Shown piece after piece: positions 1 to 8,965 of a stretch of DNA of 20,120 nt. The notes beneath the pieces were generated by a model. The model saw only the letters and a program-made list of their open reading frames with translations, did no database searches and was not told where the DNA came from. Numbering within the stretch: position 1 is the stretch's first letter; the number at the start of each line of letters is the position of its first letter. The translations under genes and the position numbers were made by a program. The DNA is from Octopus sinensis (Eukaryota). The stretch covers positions 1-20,120 of the forward strand of contig NW_021824135.1 of assembly GCF_006345805.1 (NCBI RefSeq). Direction: 5' to 3'.

Positions 1-286
1 GGTACTATTTAATCGACCCCGAAAGGATGAAAAGCAAAGTCGACCTCGACGAAATTTGAACTCAGAACGTAACGTCAGATGAAATGCCTATTTCTTTACT
101 ACCCACAAGGGTGCTAAACACAGATTAAGTCGAGTATATCGACCCAGTGCGTACTGGTACTTATTAATCGACCTTGAAAGGATGAAAGGCAAAGTTGACC
201 ACGGCGGAATTTGAGCTCAGAATGTAACGGCAGACGAAATACGGCTACGCATTTCGCCCGGCGTGCTAACGATTCTGCCAGCTCGC
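1..286 (-). mobile_element. tRNA-derived SINE (family A tail), one full unit plus a head-truncated second unit in tandem, running off the window start
   Basis: The minus strand from 286 reads GCGAGCTGGCAGAATCGTTAGCACGCCGGGCGAAATG (A-box-like) ... GAGCTCAAATTCC (B-box-like) ... GTCAACTTTGCCTTTCATCC. It is closely similar to 4622-4851 and to the heads at 17293 and 17503. A second unit starts at about 90. Confidence 0.8.
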
Positions 287-357
287 GGGGGTCGATGTAA
301 CTGACCCTTTTCTCGGAAATTTCTGGCTTTGTGTCAAAATTCGTAACCATTATTATT
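287..357 (+). mobile_element. 3' fragment of the family B SINE with (ATT)n tail
   Basis: GGGGTCGATGTAACTGACCC...AAATTTCTGGCTTTGTG...ATTATTATT aligns with the 3' ends of the copies at 17293-17495 and 17503-17690. Confidence 0.5.
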
Positions 358-780
358 GTTATAAGTACCCTGAAGAGTGTTATCCCCTTCAATACGCACA
401 CATATAGATGACAGAAAAGAAGATACGCGCTTAGACATGGACACACGCAAAAGAAACATATACTTACCAGGGCGGGCCTTGGGAGGGGCAAGGCCCAATT
501 GGAACATTTTGTTGGGCTCCAGGTTCCCAACCAACTTGCTACTCGGAAATTCCCTCCCCCTTCACCTCGCAGTGTTTCTTTTTTTTCCTCGTTTTTGTTT
601 TCAGGTGCTATCAGCTAATCTCGCCACGTAATACACTACAGATGACTTTCTCCCTTTTTGCGGCATATTAGGTGACCAGAATAGTACGTGTTTTGTATGT
701 TTAATAACGGCTACTTCTAGTATAATAAACAGCCACGTTAAGGACAGGCTACCTTTCAGTCTATTTAAAACAGAGTATAA

Positions 781-848
781 TGTGTGTATGCGTGTGTATA
801 TATGTGTGTGTGTATGTGTGTGTGTAGGTATGTATGTGTGTATATATG

Positions 849-884
<36 letters not shown>

Positions 885-946
885 ATGTATATGTGTACAT
901 GTATGTGTATGTGAATATATGCATATATAATATATATATACGTATA

Positions 947-997
<51 letters not shown>

Positions 998-1053
998 CAT
1001 ATATATATATATCTATATATATATATATATATAATATATATTATATATATATC

Positions 1054-1088
<35 letters not shown>
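781..1088. repeat. compound (TG)n/(TA)n microsatellite
   Basis: Read directly from the sequence. Confidence 0.95.
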
Positions 1089-1239
1089 CAAAATGAGAAA
1101 ATGGAGAAATATATCTAAATCAATCATCAACTATCAGATAATACCGAATCAATACTTTATTAAAACACTACACAATAGCCAATGATATTATACATTAATA
1201 TAATACAAATATAACAAGACATAGAAATACATTACAATG

Positions 1240-1350
1240 TAGCTGACAGCTGTTCGGCCATGAAGAAAGGTATGTCTCATTAACCTATTAGCCATATAAT
1301 GAGGTATAAATGAGACATTAACAAGAAATCTTACGGCCTCTTCAGAGATT
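1240..1350 (-). ncRNA. type I hammerhead-ribozyme core, left-arm copy (GAAA reads GAA)
   Basis: Minus strand: CTGAAGA (1345-1339), GGCC stem II ... GGCC (1259-1256), GAA-C-AGCT-GTC (1255-1245). One A of the GAAA box is missing. Confidence 0.45.
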
Positions 1351-1930
1351 TTAATGCAAGTATGAGTACAAATCCTAAATAATTTACATATAAATATAAA
1401 TATGTGTGCATACATACTCATATTCTTACATATATATATACACCAATAATACAATATAAACATATAGATCAATATACATCAACAAAAACAATAATGTTCC
1501 ATATTGAACTCCACAGCTCCTCAACCAACATCAAGAAACAAAACAGACACACTCACACTCAATGCAGGCATATATATTAAACAGTCCAATATATTAAAAT
1601 GCGGATGTCCGCTTGCATTGGATGGTACCGTGGTGGTGGTATTAACTTTATTGACTTTTTGTGAATGACACATTTTAATATATTGGACTGTTTTAATATA
1701 TATGCCTGCATTGAGTGTGAGTGTATCTGTTGTGGTTTCTTGATGTTGGCTGAGGAGCTGTGGAGTTCAATATGGAACATTATTGTGTTTGTTGATGTAT
1801 ATTGTCTATATTGTTTATATTGTATTATTGTGTATATATATATATAATATATGTAAGAATATGAGTATGATGCACACATATTTATATTTATATGTAAATT
1901 ATTTAGGATTTGTACTCATACTTGCATTAA

Positions 1931-2048
1931 AATCTCTGAAGAGGCCGTAAGATATTCTTGTGTTAATGTCTCATTTATACCTGCATTATATGGCTAATAG
2001 GTTAAATGAGGACATACCTGTCTTCATGGCCGAAACAGCTGTAGCTAC
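1931..2048 (+). ncRNA. type I hammerhead-ribozyme core with extended stem II, right-arm copy
   Basis: CTGAAGA 1936-1942; GGCCGTAAGA 1943-1952 pairs with TCTTCATGGCC 2021-2031; GAAA 2032-2035; C-AGCT-G palindromic stem III; GTA triplet 2041-2043. Stem I is weak. Confidence 0.6.
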
Positions 2049-2374
2049 ATTGTAAATGTATTTCTATGTTGTTATATTTGTATTATATTAATGTATAATA
2101 TCATTGCTATTGTGTAGTGTTTACTAAAACTATTGATTCGGTATTATCTGATAGTTGATGATTGATTTAGATATATTTCTCCATTTTCTCATTTTGTATT
2201 ATTAATTACGGTAAAAATAATTTTACCGTTGCCCACATAATACAGTAAATGAATTAATTGCATCGCAATTTTTAACATTTATGTATTAGCTTTGTTGGGT
2301 ACTTCTCTAGCAGTATATTGGATATATGTTATCCCATGGAGGGTTGAATTTACAACCCCTATTCATTTTATAAG

Positions 2375-2408
<34 letters not shown>

Positions 2409-2411
<3 letters not shown>

Positions 2412-2594
2412 CAACGTCTTGGTGGGGTCAGTAAAAGCATCCAGTCCACGCTGAAAAGTGGTGGCGTTAGAAGGGCATCCAGCCACAAAAACCATGCCAG
2501 ACCAGACGGGTGCCAGACGTACTCTTTGGCTTTTTTGGCCCTTGTCAAACCGTCCAACGTATACCAGCATGGAAAACGGACGTTAAATGATGAT
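2409..2594 (+). mobile_element. 3' part of a SINE-like repeat ending in a (TGA)n tail
   Basis: ...AAGGGCATCCAGCC...ACCATGCCAG...CAAACCGTCCAAC...CCAGCATGGAAAACGGACGTTAAATGATGAT. The tail type matches the RTE LINE at 12969-12978. Family assignment is from recognition only. Confidence 0.55.
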
Positions 2595-2699
2595 ATTTAT
2601 ATGTGTATGTATACGTGTGTGTGTGTGTGTGGTGTGTGTGTGTGTGTGTGTGTTGTGTGGTTAATTTCTGAAACATGGATAATTTTTTAATAAAATACA

Positions 2700-3235
2700 A
2701 AATGGGACAAGAACGCAAAACATCCGGACAACTAAGTGATACAAAAAGGGACAACAAAACATTCAGATAGATGATACAAAGAAAACAAGAGTGGATCATT
2801 CGAAGTTTTCTATCTTCAGTCAGGAACCAGTTTATTCTCGCAATTTCGGCTGATTATTTTTGAGATTGCTCCAATCTGGCCTGCCCCAAGGAAAAACCAA
2901 GCTAAGAGCATTATATTCCTTTAAAGAAAGCATCGAATGTATACAAAAACAAGGACGGAAAGAACGGACAATGTTACACAAATATAAATACAATAAAAAA
3001 AATACAGTAAAAATAATAACAGGACATAACAACAGGTTTCTTTCGACTAAGGACGAATTGAATTAAACTGGCATGTGTGGAAATGAAGCCTTACGGCAGA
3101 GATAAAAAAGTTTCGCAAACACAGGGATGAATATCGATGTTGCACGAACCACGGTCAGACCCAGAAAGAAGGAGCGAGCAGTCTGGCCGAGTTGGCCGGA
3201 TGTTTTGCGTTCTTATCTCATCTACTTATATAATA
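2700..3235. repeat. interspersed repeat with a 25-bp inverted terminal match, possibly Penelope pseudo-LTR-derived
   Basis: AAGAACGCAAAACATCCGGACAACT (2709-2733) matches the reverse complement of 3190-3214 at 24/25. The class is inferred, not demonstrated. Confidence 0.4.
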
Positions 3236-3468
3236 AATTTCTTGATAAATAATGAATATTTCTTAGCCTTAATTAGCTCCCTATTTGTTGTTTTATGTAA
3301 TAGTATTCTAAATATAGCAGGTGATTTGTAGTACTTATTATATTAGTTTATTTTAGTTATTTAGGTTCTGTTTTTAATTATAGTTAGATTTATATAGTTG
3401 TTCATTTTATTACTAAATATATTTTTAATAAATATTTAATGGTTTATTGAATATAGAGTCTGATATTT

Positions 3469-3545
3469 CAATTACCTGAAGATTGACTGTAACCATAACT
3501 CGAATTATTACGAATTGGACAGCCATGAAACGATCGTAGTTGTTG
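3469..3545 (+). ncRNA. type I hammerhead-ribozyme motif, slightly degenerate
   Basis: Stem I CAATTAC (3469-3475)/GTTGTTG (3539-3545); CTGAAGA 3476-3482; stem II TTGACTGT/ACAGCCAT with 2 mismatches; GAAA 3527-3530; C-GATC-G palindromic stem III; GTA triplet 3536-3538. Confidence 0.6.
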
Positions 3546-3679
3546 TTGTACTCATTATCTTTTATAAACTTTTAAATACTTTTGATAATATTTAAAATAA
3601 TATAAAATTAATTTTATGTATTGACTTAAGTTTTTCATTGTTTGATTTGCCTAATAGTGGATTTTTACTCTAATTTAAT

Positions 3680-3683
3680 ATTA

Positions 3684-3730
<47 letters not shown>

Positions 3731-3851
3731 TATATATATATATATATATATATTATAATATATAGGTATGTATATATATATAGGATTGTATGTATGTCTG
3801 TATGGGTTAATGCATGTATGTATGTATGTATGTATGATGTATGTATGTATG

Positions 3852-3880
<29 letters not shown>
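3680..3880. repeat. (TA)n and (TATG)n microsatellites
   Basis: Read directly from the sequence. Confidence 0.9.
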
Positions 3881-3882
<2 letters not shown>

Positions 3883-4189
3883 TTTCTTTGTGGAATAGGG
3901 AGCTCGGAACACAAGCATGTGAGTATGGGTAATTGGGTTGACAAACACTTTATATAGAAAAGTTGAAGGCTAGCCTAAGGCCGTAGGGTTTTTCTATTCA
4001 AAAAGAGTTGTCAACGCAATATTTACATGCCATTATTTATAGCCTTATGTGATACGACATCCACTATTCTAAACAAATTATTTGACGTTCTCTCGAATGC
4101 TTATAAAATCCTTATGATGTCAAAAGTGTATGAATATCATTATTCAATTTTTTTTCAAGATTTCTTGCCAATAGATAAACAACCAGTTT

Positions 4190-4595
4190 CTAACCAAGAA
4201 TTTTTTCAGTTCCAATGATGGCCTGGATCTGTGGTCTTCGAATCACCTTTCTCCTTTCTGGATTTGAGAGGTATAAACCTGAACTTGTAATCTAGGTAGA
4301 CTAACTGTAAATTTCTCAATAGTTCAGCATAGTCAGCATAGGATATTCGTTTTCGCTGATCTTCAGCTTCATATTAAGATCATCTGGGTGGCTGATTTCT
4401 TCCAATGTACATAGTTTCTCTTCTCGGTCCTAAATCAATGTCTCGTCTGTTATGTTTATGTTTTATCGCGGTTTTCACTGGAACATTCTACCAGTATTCT
4501 TTCCTATTATGAGTGGGTATGGCTTTTACTATACTGCGAGTTCTTATTTCTTTGACTTCAGGGTTATCCTTCCAGTGGATCTCGTCAGGATATCG
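4190..4595 (-). mobile_element. decayed R4/Dong-type non-LTR retrotransposon 3' coding remnant (RLE endonuclease region)
   Basis: Minus-strand peptides across frameshifts: KDNPEVKEIRTRSIVKAIPTHNRKEYW*NVPVKTAIKHKHNRRDI / I*DREEKLCTLEEISHPDDLNMKLKISENE / YAELLRNLQLVYLDYKFRFIP / SNPERRKVIRRPQIQAIIGTEKI. These follow the NRPDI-x-D-x-K-x-Y RLE layout seen in the copies at 16.6-19.3 kb. Confidence 0.75.
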
Positions 4596-4621
4596 ACCAG
4601 ACTATCGGATGTTGATATACA

Positions 4622-4851
4622 CCTATTTCTTTATTACCCACAAGGGGCTAAACACAGAGGGGACAAACAAGGACAACACAAGGTATTAATCGATTACAAT
4701 CGACCCCAGTGCGTACTGGTACTTAATTTATCGACCCCGAAAGGATGAAAGGCAAAGTCGACCTCGGCGTAATTTGAACTCACAACGTAATGCAGACGAA
4801 ATACCGCTAAGCATTTCGCCCGGCGTGCTAACGTTTCTGCCAGCTCGCCGC
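4622..4851 (-). mobile_element. full-length tRNA-derived SINE (family A tail)
   Basis: Minus strand GCGGCGAGCTGGCAGAAACGTTAGC (A box) ... GAGTTCAAATTACG (B box) ... GTCGATTGTAATCG ... CCCCTTGTGGGTAATAAAGAAATAGG; homologous to 90-286. Confidence 0.85.
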
Positions 4852-4901
4852 TATTCACAGTGTTTGATTTGCGTGCGCATGTACTAGAATTCCAGGCTTC
4901 T

Positions 4902-4938
<37 letters not shown>

Positions 4939-5192
4939 ATAAATTAGAGATAAAACCACTATTATGCAGCTCAAACAGTGATAGACATAAACCAAAACAT
5001 AAACAAACAAATAATATATATTTTTATAAAACATATCACTAATCTCAAAAATACAAAAATGAATGATCAATTTATAAGTAAAAAAAAAACTACGTACTCT
5101 AATTTATAATTTATATCTTATATATTCATATTGTGAAATTCCGATTTAATAACTAAATTGAATTTTTCCCTGTAAGTTTGGAGTTATACTCC

Positions 5193-5325
<133 letters not shown>

Positions 5326-5821
5326 TCAGCACCACCACTGAAGGTTGATCCAAAAATTCTTCACACTTACCCTTGTTTCATTTCAAAATTTCGTTAAAAG
5401 CAAGCGCTTCTCAGCCCTGTCCTTTTTTCCAACTGTATAAGACCTTAGTTCCTTCTTTCCTTTCGCACTACCACTCGGTGGCTGTTGCTTTTTCCCTTAT
5501 TTCTCTGAAAAACTGTTACATTATTGTGCTTATGTATATTTATATACACATGCATACGTCTTTATATATATATTCATTGTTTGTGCTCGTAATTTTCTGT
5601 CTCTCATGTACATTTTTGTTCTTCACTTTTAACTCTTGTGTGTCCATCACCTCAGTGATATTCCCTATATCACTAGGGCATAGTGATATAATGAATATAT
5701 CTCTAAATGCATCGAAACGTTGATGACTCTGGTCCATATGGCCGATGAGAGGATTTCAATGTCCATTTGTCTTGTCGTTTTTCGTCAATCATTCCCATGT
5801 TCCATTTCAATTTTATATGAT

Positions 5822-6135
5822 ATACATATGTGTGTGTGTCTATGTATGTATGTATGTATGTATGTATGTACGTATGTATGTATGTATGTATGTATGTATG
5901 TATGTATGTATGTATGTATGTATGTATGTATGTATGTATATGCATATATATATATACATATATGCTTATGTACATATAAAGATATGTTTGTGTATATACG
6001 TATATGTATGAGTGTAAATATATATACACAGATATATGTGTGTGCGTGTAAATACACACACACTCACACGAATACATATATACAGATACAGAGAGGGAGA
6101 GAGAAATTTATGAGACATGTATATATGTGTGTATG
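5822..6135. repeat. (TATG)n-dominated compound microsatellite
   Basis: Read directly; it explains ORFs 5703-6077, 5720-6280, 5745-6011 and 5785-6063. Confidence 0.9.
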
Positions 6136-6200
6136 GGTGTGTATGTTGGTGCGAACAGGAAAATTAGAACTCAAACTACGAGTTTATATATGCGTATTTT

Positions 6201-6312
6201 TATTAATATTTAGCAGAACCAACAGAGTGACTCAAGGTCCGGTAGTTTCGTGCGTTGGCACAGAAACTCTCGGACCATAAGTCGCTGTGTTGTTTTCTAC
6301 TAGGTATTAATA
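6201..6312. other. 112-bp imperfect palindrome or hairpin with a 4-nt loop
   Basis: Arm 6201-6253 (TATTAATATTTAGCAGAACCAACAGAGTGACTCAAGGTCCGGTAGTTTCGTGC) pairs with 6258-6312; the loop is GTTG at 6254-6257. Confidence 0.85.
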
Positions 6313-6340
6313 TTATATATATTATATATATATTATATAT

Positions 6341-6388
<48 letters not shown>

Positions 6389-6633
6389 TATATGTATACA
6401 TATATTTACTATATATATATGTGTATATATATATATATATACATATGCAGGTATATAAACACACCAAACACGAGTGTTGTCTTTTGAGAAAACTTTATGT
6501 TCGTTCTTGATTGCGCCTAACAAATGTCTTATTAATAATTTTATATTTAAAAATCGTAAATAGTAATATATTACTTGTTGTACGTAAGCATATGTGCGTA
6601 TAAGGATATATTTATATTGTATATATATATATA

Positions 6634-6687
<54 letters not shown>

Positions 6688-6960
6688 TATACTAATATAT
6701 AGTGTGTGTGTGTGTTTATATAAATATATATATGTTGTGTGTATGTATGTAGATGTATATTTATGTATGTATACTGTATAGTGAGATAGAAAGATATATA
6801 TATAATATATACACGCACGCATGAACACACACAGACACACACATCTACACATATAAAGACAGATATATATATAGAGACACACACACACAGACACACACAG
6901 AGACACACACACACACACAGAAAGATAAGGAGAGAGAGAAGAGAAAGACATATATGTATA
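6313..6960. repeat. compound (TA)n/(TG)n/(CA)n/(GA)n microsatellite region
   Basis: Read directly, apart from a short non-repetitive stretch at about 6445-6600. Confidence 0.85.
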
Positions 6961-7214
6961 TATAAAACCGTTCCTTTAAACTAAGCACAACAGTTTTCAT
7001 TTGCCAAATTATTCCCCTTTGAATGCTTCTGTATTTTTATACCCATTACACCCTACTCCCTCTTCTCCTCCAGCCCCTCCCAATATTTCCTCCTTATTGT
7101 TTATGACAGCCGTTACTGATCATATTATATTTCACTAGGCCTACACGATATTGATTTTTTTTTTTAAATAATATATTCCAGTGAATCGACACTTTCATTC
7201 TTGAAGCTTTACAT

Positions 7215-7439
7215 GGTCATCATTACCATCGTGGTCATCATCATCATCATCATCATCAGAATCATCATCATCATCAGAATCGGCATCATCATCATCATCA
7301 TCATCATCGTCATCATAGTCATCATCTTCGTCATCATCATAATCAACATAGTCGTCGTCATCATCGTAGAAAAACTGAATAGTGTGTGTGTGTGTGTGTG
7401 TATATATACATCTGTGTGTATATGTATGTATATTATATA

Positions 7440-7490
<51 letters not shown>

Positions 7491-7553
7491 ATATATATAT
7501 AACGGCGGTGCATCAGCATGGCCGCAGCTCTGGGCTGAAACTAGAAAAAAAAA

Positions 7554-7599
<46 letters not shown>

Positions 7600-7775
7600 A
7601 TATGTGTGTATTTTATATATATATATAACTTCACATAGAAACGAACGTTTATGTATGTATACGTTTATATATGTATGCATATGTGTGTGTGAGTGTGTAC
7701 ACACATACACACACAGACATTTATATACATACATGCATATATACGTATGTATATGTGTATATGTGTGTGTGGTGC

Positions 7776-7814
<39 letters not shown>

Positions 7815-7820
7815 TGTGAT
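7215..7820. repeat. (ATC)n array followed by (TG)n/(TA)n arrays
   Basis: Read directly from the sequence. Confidence 0.9.
7501..7553 (+). mobile_element. isolated 3' tail of the CORE-type SINE
   Basis: CAGCATGGCCGCAGCTCTGGGCTGAAACTAGAAAAAA matches CAGCATGGCCACAGCTCAATGGCAGAAACAAG at about 15336-15367 and the reverse complement of about 9930-9965. Confidence 0.55.
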
Positions 7821-8315
7821 GGTTGTTCATTTATAAGCGCTGTAGGTCATCTTTGATTATTCAAAGAACAGCGCCGTCAATAGCCTTGCAGAACCACTCT
7901 ACTGGCATTATCCTTGGACAAGCCGAAGCAAGACAGCGGGTGCCAAAGACGCTCACCGGCTTGAGAGTGTGAGGATGCCACGTCTTCAGCTGACGTTCAA
8001 GATCTCCAAAACAGTCGACACCGTTTTTTCACTCGACAGACTTTACCATCAGAGAACCTCTTTCTAGAGATGTCTTTTAATAAAAGCAAAGAGGTACCTC
8101 ACAGCCAAGATACCAATCTACTAACCCACCAGATGCCAATCCAGAATTTCTAAGTACCTCCACTAATACGTTTTTGTACATACACACACTCCCACTCACA
8201 TACGTGTGCGGTTGTCTGTGTGTATGTGGGTGGTGCTACTGATGACGCTTAAAGATGCAGAAATGTGTATTAACAATTCCACTTCTGCTTCTAGACACTT
8301 TTTGATTGCTGTATG

Positions 8316-8366
<51 letters not shown>

Positions 8367-8406
8367 TGTGTGGTGTGTGTGTGTGTGTGTGTGTGCGTGC
8401 GTGCGT

Positions 8407-8694
8407 GGAGGCGCAATGGCCCAGTGGTTAGGGCAGCGGACTCGCGGTCGTAGGATCGCGGTTTCGATTCCCAGACCGGGCGTTGTGAGTGTTTTTTGAG
8501 CGAAAGCACCTAAAGCTCCACGAGGCTCCGGTAGGGGGTTGTGGCTATCCCTGCTGTACTCTTTCGCCACAACTTTCTCTCTTTCTTCTGTTGGTCTGCT
8601 CGCTTAAACAAGGCTAAAACAATGCGAAGCGCATTGTGACCAGCGATGTGTAGCAGCATCTGATAGCCTGGTCGGTCACGGTGATCACGGTGAT
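8407..8694 (+). mobile_element. tRNA-derived SINE (third family), apparently full length
   Basis: A box TGGCCCAGTGG 8417-8427 and B box GGTTTCGATTCC 8460-8471 in tRNA-like spacing; 3' stem-loop GACCAG...CTGGTC; tail (CACGGTGAT)2 then (TA)n. Confidence 0.85.
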
Positions 8695-8924
8695 ATATAT
8701 ATATATATATATATATATTCTGTTTTAATTTTATACGTCTATACGAGGTGCTTCCCCGTAGTAAATACCGATGTTTCCATGTTTTTCATAGTATATCTGC
8801 ATTTAATATGATATACAGAATGCTAATTTAGACTAATACTGCTTCTGTCGCTAATATTAACAGTGGATATATATATCGCTAGCCACTACACACTCTTTAT
8901 TTTCTCTCCTTGTTTCTTTCTGTG

Positions 8925-8965
8925 TTCTTTTCTGTCGAAGAGCGTAGGCTCGAAACGTTAAAGAC
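8925..8965 (+). ncRNA. degenerate minimal hammerhead-like motif (A6 position reads T), probably inactive
   Basis: TTTT-CTGTCGA-A-GAGC-GTAG-GCTC-GAAA-CGT-T-AAAG: 4-bp stem II, ACGT palindrome at stem III, 4-bp stem I. The core reads CUGUCGA rather than CUGANGA. Confidence 0.4.

Larger units (their letters stand above)
1086..2199. repeat. long inverted repeat: arms 1086-1601 and 1671-2199, 69-bp spacer 1602-1670
   Basis: Manual alignment shows the reverse complement of the right arm matching the left arm over its whole length at roughly 95% identity. Differences are mostly 1-2 nt indels. Confidence 0.95.

Noticed and set aside
460-530. ATACTTACC (identical to the U1 snRNA 5' end; on the minus strand a perfect donor CTG|GTAAGTAT), followed by GC-rich CAGGGCGGGCCTTGG resembling a hAT/MITE terminus
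   Set aside because: U1 similarity stops after 9 nt. No convincing acceptor or recognisable peptide accompanies the donor, and no partner TIR was found in the window.
575-690. Plus-strand acceptor-like TTTTTGTTTTCAG|G at about 604 and donor-like GTACGT at about 684
   Set aside because: All three frames contain a stop. It could only be a UTR exon, which the sequence alone cannot support.
601-1185. ORFs rich in Y/I/H/T or V/C/M here and throughout the track (for example 5703-6280, 6571-6951, 7201-7830, 17054-17354, 19232-19969)
   Set aside because: They are translations of (TA)n, (TG)n, (TATG)n, (ATC)n and (ATT)n microsatellites, not genes.
2208-2229. 9-bp hairpin ACGGTAAAA/TTTTACCGT next to the large palindrome
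   Set aside because: Short and A/T-rich, with no Helitron-type CTRR end or other supporting context.
2830-2895. Minus-strand hammerhead-like topology (stem closing on CAGCC-GAAA, inner AGATTG/CAATCT hairpin)
   Set aside because: No CUGANGA box (it reads CCTTGGGG) and no UH cleavage triplet.
5654-5690. Overlapping inverted repeats around TATATCACTA (10-bp stem 5666-5690, alternative 8-bp stem 5654-5674)
   Set aside because: Small and AT-rich, with no independent support for function.
7847-8070. 73-codon open plus-strand frame without a start, and a minus-strand peptide (VFGTRCL...RIMPVEWF) faintly like an RTE/L2 RT C-terminus
   Set aside because: Neither reading can be assigned with confidence. 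blastx would decide; the similarity is too weak to call.
8407-8480. tRNA gene
   Set aside because: It has A and B boxes but no proper acceptor stem, and it continues into a SINE body and tail, so it is a SINE head.
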